Shown: positions 13,104 to 24,265 of the stretch, piece after piece
Layout: every line of letters begins with the position of its first letter
Numbering within the stretch: position 1 is the stretch's first letter
Source: Anolis carolinensis
Lineage: Eukaryota
DNA length: 64,000 nucleotides
Direction of reading: 5' to 3'
Assembly (NCBI RefSeq): GCF_035594765.1
Contig: NC_085844.1
Span: 188,682,107 to 188,746,106, forward strand
Translations under genes and position numbers: made by a program
Notes under the pieces: generated by a model
Database searches by the model: none
Told to the model about the DNA's origin: nothing
The model's input: the letters and a program-made list of their open reading frames with translations, nothing else

Positions 13104-15489
13104 GTTTGTTCTCTTGACTTATACGAAGATGTGGGTAAGAATTTTAAAAAATGGTTACTGTATATACTCAATTATAAACTGAGTTTTCAGCCCTTTTTTA
13201 GGGCTGAAAAAGCCCCCCTCAGCTTATACTCGAGAGAGGTCCTGGCCGGCTTATATTTGGGTTGGCTTATACTCAAGTATATACGGTAATCAGAGATGGA
13301 CAGTCTTATCTTAAATTACAATTTTATGTAAATATTCAAAAACATTTAACCTACTGATGCCTCAATCAATGTATTTTTATTAGTATCTATTTTTATTTTT
13401 GAAATTTACCAGTAGCTGCTGCATTTCCCCACCCTCATTTTATACTCGAGTGAATAAGTTTTCCCAGGTTTTTGGTGGTAAAATTGCATGTCTCGACTTA
13501 TACTCGAGTATATAGAATATTATTATTCAGCTTAAGGTATTCTTGGCAAGATTCATTCAGAGAGGAAGAAACATGCTAAAGTCTTCTGCTTTTCTCTGAG
13601 GCTGAAATCGGGTAACTTCCCTAAGGCCACCTGATGGGTTCCCATACCCGAGCAGGGATTAGAATCCTGATCTTAGTCCAACATGCAAACCACTCAGTCA
13701 CAAATCAAAACTGTCGATGCTACCAGTGTAAGTGCAAGATATAGAGGTGAGATGCTTACCGACAAAACAGAGCTACAAAGCCACAACGCAGCCTCCAAAT
13801 GAAGCAAAATGGTTGCATTCGCCAACATGAAAAGAATTCCTTACTGCCTACTCTGGGGGAGTGGCTGGCAAAGCTTAAGACAGGGCAGAAACAAGACACG
13901 TTGCCTTGTTTGATCAAAGGAACGGCTTTTCTGAAAAGCTGGAAAGCCCTTAATGGACTTTTGTTTTGCACTCCCCCCTTCCAAAAAACTCTTGATAACT
14001 TTACATTTTCATCATTAGACAAGATTGGTTGTAAAAAAGAGAAGGAAGCAGCAATAACTGTAAAGTAAGCATAAGTGCTGAAAACATGGACGGAAGTTGC
14101 TTTTTTCTTCTTCTCCATTTCTTTCTGTTCTCTTTCTAAATATATCTTTCAGTGCAGTGTTAAAATCTCTGTATGCATGTGTGCATGTGTATCTTTTAGT
14201 GCAATGCTAATAGCTTTGCATGTATTCATGCATGCATATGCATGTATGTGTGTATCCTTTAGTGCAATGTTAAAACCTTTGTATTTAAGTAGTGTTCCAA
14301 AAGTCTGTATACATAGAAAAAAACATAACAAACATATATTATATTTAACACATGTAAAACATTTTTATATTTATATTGTTGTGTGTACTGGAAGAGTTTT
14401 GTAAAATTTTGTAAAGAAAGGTCGATTTATCTACAATGTCCCATTTCCCCTCTGTAAGCCAACTGTTGGTACACCTTATATGCATATACACAGGTGGGTC
14501 AAAAAGTAATGCCTCCATCGCTCTAACTCTAATTTATTTCACAGCTACTGGACTATCTATGCATGATATGATAGAGGTAGCCTTACTCTATCAATATAGT
14601 CTTTTCTTTCTCTGATTGGCTGATTAGAACCATGAATCTGAAGCTAAAAGAAAGAGGGGTCCTTGAATTCCTGGCAAAAGAAGGTTGCACACCTAAGGAA
14701 ATCCAAAATCCCTTGAAGAATTTTTATGATTTGCCCCCTTCTGACTTTTACCTGTTTTGGACCTCTGAAAGACCACTTGCGTGGTTTCAGATTCGAGGAC
14801 CTGAACGATGTTAAAACAGCTTTAAAATCATGGGTCACAAAAGCAAAACAAAACAAAAAACTAAATTTTTCCAAAATGGTTTTGACGCCTGGGTTAAAAG
14901 ATAGTACAAGTGTATACAAATGGATTCTGGTGACTATGTTCAACGGTAGTTTTGTGTGTAGAGGATAGTTCAGGCTGTGATCTGTAGCAACGTCTGCTGT
15001 TAATATGTTCATTCATAACATTTTTATGAAGCAGGAGACAAAACTTTTTGACCCACCTTGGTATCTATCTACAAAATGGAAAGATATATACACACACACA
15101 CATACAGAAACAAAAAGGACACCAACTGCACTTTGTATGTATGTACTATATATTCTGAATCTATCCCTTTGTGCATATACATGCATGTATGTGTGTGTAT
15201 AATACAGAGTGTGTGTGTATATGCAAAGATTGATATAGATATGTATATATACACACACAGAGACACATCCCAAACAAAAGGATCTTCACTCCAAACGTGC
15301 TGCGCTTGCTGCAAGACTCCATCATTTCCTTTCCCAGGAGCTGAGCTTTTTCCTATCGCTTCCCAAAGACATCCAAAGAGGTTTTCCTTCATGGGGCGAC
15401 CCTCCTTACACAAATTGCAGGCCCACCCCCCTGCAAAAGGGCCTCTGACTCACCCCTCGGATATCCCAGTAGCCCAAGATCATGGCCAT
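6653..15489 (-). CDS. GSTM: Glutathione S-transferase Mu (GSTM-A, GSTM3-like), complete, 220 aa
   Basis: Exons 15454-15489 ([12 protein letters not shown]), 11781-11856, 9723-9787, 9409-9490, 9219-9319, 8238-8333, 8043-8153, 6653-6748. All introns GT-AG, open frame. Catalytic Tyr7, Mu loop, [18 protein letters not shown] and PINNKMA motifs. Confidence 0.96.
7388..7646 (+). mobile_element. CR1 LINE 3' fragment
   Basis: [14 protein letters not shown]2 tail, ATTCTRTG-like terminal repeats. Confidence 0.75.
13158..13514. mobile_element. Tc1/mariner-superfamily MITE(s)
   Basis: TIRs (c/t)gtatatactc..gagtatata(c)g flanked by TA, repeated cttatactcgag motif. Confidence 0.6.
14489..15061 (+). mobile_element. 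Internally deleted mariner transposon
   Basis: TIRs aggtgggtcaaaaagt / actttttgacccacct with TA flanks; transposase remnants [11 protein letters not shown] (SPDLAPSD motif) and [12 protein letters not shown]. Confidence 0.8.
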
Positions 15490-15700
15490 GGTCGCCCTCT
15501 CGCCTTCTGCCTCCTCGTCCGCGTTGCTTGCAGCTCTGCCTTTGCAAAAGCGGGGGCGCCCTCGGAGGCAGGGACTGGGATAAAAGCGAGTCCTTCGGGG
15601 GAGGGGGAGAGGGGAGGGGAAGGGGGGTGGATTCGATTTTATTTGGTTCCTTAAAGGCGCAGAGCCTATTTCTGGCAGACCAAGGGGGCGGGGTGCTGAA
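15490..15700 (-). promoter_or_regulatory. CpG/GC-rich promoter and 5'UTR of GSTM-A
   Basis: CpG-rich stretch upstream of the ATG, GC box GGGGCGGGG at 15685-15693, G-runs 15597-15630. Confidence 0.6.
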
Positions 15701-15857
15701 TTCCGAGAAACTTCTCTGAAGCAGAAAAGAACAAAGGGAGATGGTTCGCATCTTCTCCCCTCTTGCCTCAGAACGACACTCACTCGCACAGTGGAGTGTG
15801 TTTGTCTCTGGGTGCATTAATACAGTCTGATACAACTTTAGCTGCATGGCTCTATGC

Positions 15858-15991
15858 CAGGCATGGGCAAACTTCGGCCCTCCAGGTGTTTTGGACTTTA
15901 ACTCTCACAATTCCTAACAGCCGGTAGGCTGTTAGGAATTGTGAGAGTTGAAGTCCAAAACACCTGGAGGGCCAAAGTTTGCCCATCCTTG
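15858..15991. mobile_element. Palindromic hAT-like MITE
   Basis: ~130-bp near-perfect hairpin with caggcatgggcaa termini; relatives at 35040-35080, 49787-49911, 57568-57660. Confidence 0.7.
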
Positions 15992-16266
15992 CTCGATTAG
16001 ATGGAATCCTGGCATATGTAGTTTTACAAGGGCTTTCGCTTTCTCTGCCCAGGAGTGCCGTGCCTCACTAAACTGCAACTTCCATGATTCCATAGCATTG
16101 AGCCGTGGTAGTTAAAGTGGTGTCAAACGGCACTAGATGCCCCTTAAACTACAGCTCCCCCCCCCCCCATACAGCCTTTAATGTCTAATATAGGTTGAGT
16201 CTTCCCTATTAAAAATGCTTGGGACCAGAAGTGTTTTGGATTTCGCCTGTATTTACATATATGTAC

Positions 16267-16470
16267 ACCTAGCAGTTCGAAAACATGCAAATGTGAATAG
16301 ATCAATAGGTACCACTCCAGTGGGAAGGTAATGGCGCTCCATGCAGTCATGACCTTGGAGGTGTCTACGGACAACGCCAGCTCTTCGGCTTAGAAATGGA
16401 GATGAGCACCAACCCCCAGAGTCAGACATGACTGGACTTAATGTCAGGGGAAACCTTTTCCTTTACCTTA
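16267..16470 (+). mobile_element. Sauria SINE, 5'-truncated
   Basis: Core and tail match other copies. Confidence 0.8.
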
Positions 16471-16538
16471 CACAATGAGATGCATTGTTTTTCCTATACG
16501 CCTTATAACATAAATGTATAAACAATCTTTTTAATGTT

Positions 16539-16830
16539 TTGTCGAAGGCTTTCATGGCCTTCAATCACTGGGTTGCTGCGAGTTTTCCGAGCTGTGTGGC
16601 CATGTTCCAGAATCATTCTCTCCTGACAGTTCACCCCCATCTATGGCAGGCATCCTCCGAGGTTGTGAGGTCTGTCGGAAACTAGGCAAGTGGGGTTTAT
16701 ATATCTGTGGAAGGTCAAGGGTGGGAAAAAGAACCCTTGTCTGCTTGAGGCAAGTGTGAATGTTGCAATTGGCCACCTTTGAAGCTGCAAGGCTATTCAA
16801 TGCTAATCAAGGTGGCCAATTGCAACATTC
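16539..16830 (-). mobile_element. Penelope-like element terminal-repeat fragment with inverted junction
   Basis: Matches copies at 45570-46124 and 55272-55913; inverted pair 16758-16779/16808-16830. Confidence 0.75.
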
Positions 16831-16887
16831 AATAGTGGTTTGAGCATTTGAAGATGACCCTGGAGACCAGTCTCCATGGTGCTATAG

Positions 16888-17495
16888 CAGGCATGGGCAA
16901 ACTTTTTTGCTTTGGGCCGCATTGCGGGTCTGGCCAGAAGGGTTGGGCCAGGCCGGGCTGGGAGCGAGGATGGGCCTGGATGGAGTAGGCTTGGGAGCGG
17001 AAGGGCCCAGGAAAGGGCAGGGCCAAGAGTGGGCAGAGCAGGGCCTCAGGTTGTCCTCCCGGCATAAGGACAGACTGTTTACCACATCCTTATGCCAGGA
17101 GGAAGGCAGGACACATGATGACTGCCCCGATCCTCCTCCCCTGATCCTTGGGCTGTCCTCTTGACATTTTGCTGGGAGGAGGGAGAGATAGGCAGTGGCT
17201 GAGTGTGCTCTGGAGGGCTCTCAGCCACCACATGCCTTTCTCGAGCTGTCCTCCTGGCATAAGGACAGGGCCGCTCGCACCGTCTTTATGCCGGGAGGAG
17301 GGTGAAACATGCAGTGGCTGAGAGTGCTTGAGAGGGCTCTCAGCTGCTGCGTGCCTTCCTCTCCTGTCTTTTTGGCATAGGGATGAGGTGCACTGCTGTG
17401 TCCTTATGCCAAGAGGACAGCGAAAATGAGGAGGGGCTGAGGTAAGTGCCCAGGAGGCAGTATCTGGCCCCCAGGCCTTAGCTTGCCCATGCCTG
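16888..17495. mobile_element. Non-autonomous hAT transposon
   Basis: TIRs caggcatgggcaa/ttgcccatgcctg, perfect 8-bp TSD tgctatag (16880-16887, 17496-17503), internal cataaggac/gtccttatg repeats. Confidence 0.85.
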
Positions 17496-17635
17496 TGCTA
17501 TAGGATCCCTTGTCATCATCTTAGGTAAGGTGCCTGTGCAGCAACACACTGCTTACTCTGTCAGAGCATAAAGCTGCAAATCTCACTTTCAGTTTCTCTT
17601 GACATTTTGCAAATCTTTGCTACATTGGAGTCTTA

Positions 17636-17782
17636 GGGCCCTTCCACATAGCTGTATAATCCAGAATATCAAGGCAGAAAATCCACAATATCTTCTTTGA
17701 ACAGGTTTATGTGAGTTCACACTGCCACATAACCCAGTTCAAAGCAGATAATGTCAGATTTTATACAGCTGTGTGGAAGAGG
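17636..17782. mobile_element. PIF/Harbinger-like MITE
   Basis: TIR gggcccttccaca..tgtggaag; relatives at 47811-47953, 52180-52312, 54311-54720 and 62938-63062 (TCA TSD). Confidence 0.6.
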
Positions 17783-18569
17783 AAATAATTCCTTTGAAAG
17801 GATGTATATAATGTTGGAGGAAATGTGACTCCCTTCCCTTCTCAGAATTATAAGTTGTTACGATTGTGTATGATTTGAGAAATGTGTATGCTTTGAAGCA
17901 CACATGGCAAACCTCCATGCAAAGCAAATGCGGAAGAACCATCAAGAGGCTATTACTTGGCACGTTGGTTTTCTTCTTTTATAGCTGTGTCATGGAAGCC
18001 TTGCCTACAGTTTAGAGTTCCTTAAATTGTAAGCTACTGACTTTTAGAGCTCGAGATTCACACAAGAAGAGAAGAGCCAAAAAATCGAGAGTGACAGGAT
18101 CCAGTTCTAATAACTGTAGAAGGGAGAACCTTGGCAACAGTACAGTCTTACAGGAGATTCTTGAAATTCTTTGCACACGGTCAGCTTTATAATTTGATGC
18201 AATCCAAGCAGACATGGAGATATGTTTTCAGACTTATCATTTCAGCAGAATCAGCAGAATCATTTCAAAAAATGTTTGGACCCATAAAGGGAGGTGGGGG
18301 GAGTTTCCAAACACACTACAGTTGGAGTGTGGTCAAACTGCATTAGTTCTGTAGTGTAGCTGTACTCTGAGTCTATGAATGTGAAGTTATGTGATGAACA
18401 TTCAATCTTAATATGTTTATAGGCTGGTACAGACTAACCCAGACATGTCTTTGAATATGACTTACTGCAGAGCTTCCCAAATATTTCATGATGGTGACAT
18501 ACTTTTTGGACATGCATCGTTTCGTGACACAGTCATTCAGTTTTACTAGCAAACTGAAGGTTGAACCAA

Positions 18570-20773
18570 TCTATATATATAAAAGGGTAATGGAATCGCG
18601 GCACCGAGCAAAACAACAAAAGTAAAGGCCCCCCAATCTCGAAATTTTACAACACAACCCATCCTCCACGCCTTAAGGTTGAAACAACACAAAATCACTT
18701 CAGGCACCTCCACATGGAGAGAACCCACAACGCACCATCGGGAGCCATGCCAGGAAGGGAAAAGAGAAGCCCTCATGGCCGCGGCAAGAGGGAAGGCAGG
18801 CAATGGGAAAAAGCTGTCCCCTGGGTCCTAGTGCCCGCCCATCATCAGAATCATTTCTCTCCACTATACCTGGGCAAAGAGGCAAAAGCTCAGCAAGAGA
18901 CAGCACACCTCCCCCTCAGGAGCCTAAACTACCCATCCTGCAATCCCCTCGGCTTAACCTTCCCCGCAGCCTCCTCCCGCCCTTCCCTCTGTTTTACATC
19001 CTCCAAAGCACTTGGCCGCAAGCCCCGCCCCTTCTACACCTCGCCTGTCCCCAAGAGGACACTGCTAACTGTGAGTCCTCCGGAGGCAGCGGGGCGGGCC
19101 TTTCACTGCCCTGGCTTCCGGCTCTCCCTCCTCAACCGGCACGCCTCCCTCAAGGCCTCCCTCACAACCTCCTCACTGCTGAAACTGCAGCCCATGGACT
19201 TGCTGGAGGGCGAGCTCCTCCTTCCGCCTCCCCACCCAAACAAAGCCAAAAGGAGGAAGGAGCGCACGATGAGGACAAACGGGAACAGCCAAACCCTCCA
19301 CCACCTCAACCCCCCTCGAAAGGCGGAGGAGGACCAGGGATCTCCCTCCCGCCTCCCAGCAGGGCATACCTGTAAACGCACCCTCTCGGGAGGGCTTTCA
19401 TTCACTCCGATATAACAGAATGGTTCCCAACTGCATGACCTTTGGAGTAAACCACTTTTCTCTTCAACGTTGGAAGTGCTCCACTGGATTACCATTGAAT
19501 CCCCTTGGGGCTTCAAAGCCTGGCTACATCCTGCCTGGGAAATCCTTTCTGGGACATGTAAGCTGCCCCTATCATTCTCTTCTCACCTTTCCCCCACATC
19601 TACGTCAGGTATCCAAAGGTTCTCCAATGTGTTGCAAACAAGGCAAATGGCCTTCATATATATGTGCTGTAATGTCCAGGGTGCAGAAAAGGACTTTTCG
19701 ATGTTTTAATTCGACCACTTGATTACCATTGAATAGCCTTGCAGCTTCAAACCCTGGCTACATCCTGCCTGGGAAATCCTTTGTGGGGACATGTAACCTA
19801 GCCCTATGATTCTCTCCTCACATTTCGCCCACATCTATGTCAGGTATCCACAGGTTATCAGGTCTATCGCAAACTAGGCAAGCAGGGCTTTATACATATG
19901 TGCAATAATCCCCAGGATCCATTAAACCATTTTTGTCATCAATGTTAGAATTGGTCACTTTTATTACCATTCAATACCCTTGCAGCTTCAAACCCTGACT
20001 GCATCCTGCCTGGGAAATCCTTTCTGGGACATATAAGCTGACCCTATGATTCTCTCCTCACGTTTCACCCACATCTATGTCACATATCCACAGATTCTGA
20101 AATGTGTAGACAACTAGGCAAATGGCATTTATATATATATATATACAATAATGTCCACAGTGGAGAAAAACACTTTTCTCTTCAATATTGTAATTGGTCC
20201 ACTTGACCATTTAATACCCTTCCAACTTCAAACCCTCACTGCATCCTCCCTGGGAAATCTTTTGTGGGGACATGTAAACTGACCCTATAATTCTCTCCTA
20301 CGTTTCGCCCACATCTATATCAACTATCCACACGTTCTCAAATGTGTTGAAAACTACGCAAATTGAGTTTATATATGTCTGCAATCATGTCCAAGGTGGA
20401 GGAAAGGACTTTTCTCTTCAATGTTGTCATTACTCCACTTGATTACCATTGAATAACCTTACAACTTCAAACCCTGCCTCCATCCTACTTCGGAAATCCT
20501 TTCTTGGGACATGTAAGCTAACCCGATGGAACCCCTGCCCCCCGGGGTTAAACCCTTATTACTTCAACATGACCTTCCTCTTCCGAAGGCACATAAGCTC
20601 CTTCTATCACCTCCACCTCCATGCGGGGACATCAGAAAACCCTCCCACAAAGATTCTAAAAAACATCAAAACATTCCACCAACGTCCCACGGCCAATGTC
20701 CTTCCACATGCCCAATTCTCTACCCAACAAAACATTCCTACAGCCACAGCAACGCATGGCCGGGCACAGCTAG
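18570..20773 (+). mobile_element. Non-autonomous Helitron carrying captured sequence
   Basis: 5' A|TCTATATATATAAAA, 3' subterminal hairpin gccacagcaacgcatggc then CTAG|T, no TSD, no RepHel ORF. Confidence 0.8.
19440..20524 (-). repeat. Tandem array (~4.5 units of ~240 bp) of Penelope terminal-repeat sequence inside the Helitron
   Basis: Anchor cttcaaa recurs at 19511, 19745, 19986, 20226, 20465; units align with Penelope copies at 16615-16800 and 55320-55570. Confidence 0.85.
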
Positions 20774-23700
20774 TCCCTTATAAAGGATAAGAACACATAT
20801 ATAAACATTATTAATGAAATGCATGGGAACACAACATAGCTCGTGAAAACCTTTCCTTCATATTATAAAAAATATATGATTGATTCCTTATTTCACTTAG
20901 ACACAGAGGTTTCTTATTAGGTATGTGCGGTACACCTCCGCATTAAAGCCAACACAGTAATATGTTGCAGCACGCAATTTGGAGAGCTCTAATTTATTGA
21001 TTGTAGTTTTTCTAGATTACAATCCACTTCCTCAGATACACTGATGGAGTACAATATTCAAATCTCAGGCATAAACTACATAGTTATGAAGGTGGTCAGA
21101 GAGGGAAAGAGAATACAGAAAAGGCAATTGTCCCACTGCACATAAATTGTCAAGGCAGTTAAGATAACTGTTCTGAGATCTGTAGGTTAAGATGTTTTTG
21201 TAATGTTAAGGTGTTTCATCTCTGAAGGATGAAAGCAACATTTTCTGCTTTCAGAAAAAAATGTTACACTTTCTTTTCTAGAAATATTTGACAATCAAAA
21301 CAGCAGCATGAAAACGTTTTATTATTCATGGTAACAGCATCAAGATTCCTTGATGCACAAGTGTGGAAAATGTGGAAATTCAATGGAAGACTGGTAGTTA
21401 AAATATTTGAGATGGTAGAAATGGAGATGTTAATTACAGTATGTTGTTAAGGGGGAAAATAATTGACGACTTTTGGAAAGATTGCAAACTTTTCATGTGC
21501 ACACAGAACCAATGTAGTAGATAATTCTAAGGCCCTTATCAGGCTACAAATTCCAGGATCCCAAGGTTAAAATGTTGTAATATTGTATTCATTCTGCAGT
21601 GCAAATGTATCCGTTGCTATGATCCAGTAATGCTTTGTTACAGTGGTGTGCATTATTTCCTTTTAAAGAATGCATCACAAAACTGGTTCATATTTTAAGG
21701 TCTCACAAAACTCTTGTTTATGCTGCAAAAGACCAACCCTGCTACTCACCCAACCCATGGAAATTTCTTTTGAAAGTAGTTTTGAGTGTTAACATTCATT
21801 TCTTTTAAGTGAATCTTCACCCGCACATGAAGATGCCATGCTATCAAAATGCAAAAAAAAAACCAAACCATTGTTTTGTGTTTTACTGCCATAGAAGGAA
21901 TGCTTTAATTCTTCTTAACCAAATTTCTGTCCTGTTTGGATGGGTTATTATGTGTCTTTCCTCATCTGTTAGGACAGAAGTGAAGGAACTTTGGCCTTCC
22001 AGTTGCTACGCATTCCAGCTGCCCAGAATTGCCAATGTCAAAGGTCTGTATTTCATAAGATTGAGTGCCAAAGGTTCTGCATCGTTGTGATAATACAGAG
22101 AAGAGGAAGAGAGGGCCCTCCAACTGTTGTATTGCAGTGTCCATGGGTCTTAGGTTGAAGGGCCAATGAGAATGATGGGAACTGATGTCCAATGAAAGGT
22201 TGACTAAGGAATGTGGGTGCTACAAATGGGTGTTGTAGTTTGAAGCAGAATATGTCTCATGACACTGTAGAATTGATGCACTTTGACATTATTTTAACTG
22301 CCCTGGGTCAATGCTATGAAATCCTGGGAGTTGTAATTTTACATGTTATTTAGCCATCTTTGCCCAAGAGTTCTGGTGCCTCATCAAACTGCAAACCCTG
22401 GGGTACCATAGCATTGATCCATAGCAGCTAAAGTGGTGTCACACTGTATTAATTATAGTGTGGATGCACCCTTAGGCAGCAGAAGGTAAATGGAACTCTG
22501 GCAGCATCTTTTATTTATTTTGTATCTGTAGAAAGCTGAAAAGGATCACTAATTGTTGGGCATTAAAATGAGAATCTTCACCACTGCTTGGTCTGTATAA
22601 TTGTAAAGAAATACTGATATAATCAAATATGATCAACTTCTTAAAAGAGGTCTCACTGGAAGCAAAATAAAATCACAATTAAGTACAAACACCTCTATAA
22701 TTCTCATGATCACTGATCAGTGTTCAAATTCAGCTCTGCATACAGATAGCAGGAGACAGCAACTATTTCTCCTATATCCTGCCTACAGGAGGAAACATGC
22801 AGCTATTCACACATATTGCTATCCTGTAGGGCAAATATAATTAGATCTTCAGTCTTAAAGGTACTGGATAACCTTTTCATTCATCCCCAAGCTTCTGGGG
22901 ATTTCAACCATTCCCCATTTTTAGGACATTAGAAGCGATGAGAATGTCACTTGAGGTGTTCCAACAAAATATAGGTGCCCCAAATAGCATTTAATAAGGA
23001 GAGTGATGCCCTCTGCAGGTTTCTAGAGGTGCAATTCTCAACATTTGCTTCCCCGTCCCCCCCAGCAATGAGTTGGGGATTCCCTTAGGCATCTTCAAAA
23101 GCTGTGTGTACAATACAACGGCTACGCAATTCCTAAGAATCTAAGTCAGTTAGAAAAGGTTCAGCTGAACTTCCACAGTATCTTTTGTCCTTTAGGGGCA
23201 CTGAACTGTACCCCAAGGGACTTTTTATGATGTGTGCACAACTGTTTTGCATAAAGTTATTTGGTTATAGGAGTATCACATTCTTTCAGCAATGCAAAGT
23301 AGGACATAAGACACACATACACACATGTGGCATTGTTATGGCACAGGCGTTTATGTAACTGTGCAATGAAAACTAGCAACACACCACATATCATTTATGA
23401 ACCATTGGCTTCTTTTAAAATGGTGGTTTCATGGAAGTGTATTTATAGATTTTATTTATAGATGCCTAGAAAGTACTAGAAAGGAGATACTGCATTCACA
23501 TACTGCAGTATCCCCTTTCTTGAACTTCATGTCTCTCTTAAGAGGCTATCTGCTGGAATATTCCAGGACTAAACAATTTGAAGGGAATATTTTCACTGAT
23601 AACACAGAGTCTCCTCATCTATATGGAATTAAAAGTGTTTAGTGTTTTCCAGCTACAGAAAACTGTGTACAAGGTTAATGCTTATGGACTCTGACAATTG

Positions 23701-24265
23701 TAGTCCACAATATCTGGAAGGTATGATATTGCCTATCCCTGCTTTCCCCTGGATCAGCAAACAGTACTGCAGGATATATGTGTGTGCTTTTTTTGTATCA
23801 CAAAGTCTTGTGATTTTCAGCCTTCTTATCATAGAAACATTTCAGTTCTCATTTGAAAGGGGTGGGAATCATGTGGCCATTCAGATGTTCTTGAACTGCA
23901 GCTCTAACCACTGTGTCTCCTACTTATATTGGCATTTGTTAGGCCACATGTTCCCTTGTATTAGCAGGCAACACCAAGTTTAGCTTTGCTGGAGACATTT
24001 GATCCCAACTTTAAAATGAGGGAGCAGGGAACAGAGAAAGATTACTCAAAGGGTTGCGTGATTACAGGCAAAAAGGAGATGAAGAAGAAGCCAAGACCAT
24101 TTTTCATACTCAACGGCTTTTATTATTATCTGGTTCCTTGGAATGTATTTGGGGCATTGGAAATACTGTGCAACAATGTTCTGAAGCATGAAGGGAGGTG
24201 GTGTTTCAAGGCTCCTTACTGATACAGAATTGCAAATGTCAAGCCAGGAAGAATCCTGTTTCCTT

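Noticed and set aside
15441-15453. AP-1/ARE-like TGAGTCA at GSTM-A intron 1
   Set aside because: Coincides with the splice donor GTGAGT and lacks the ARE GC dinucleotide
15058-15847. Long ORFs around GSTM-A exon 1
   Set aside because: Stop-poor GC-rich promoter; only the 36-nt exon is supported
18714-19415. 233-aa and overlapping 190-aa ORFs inside the Helitron
   Set aside because: Pro/Ser/Leu-rich products of C-rich sequence; no Rep/helicase or other recognisable motifs
19440-20524. CRISPR-like array
   Set aside because: Whole units are homologous with no unique spacers; vertebrate DNA
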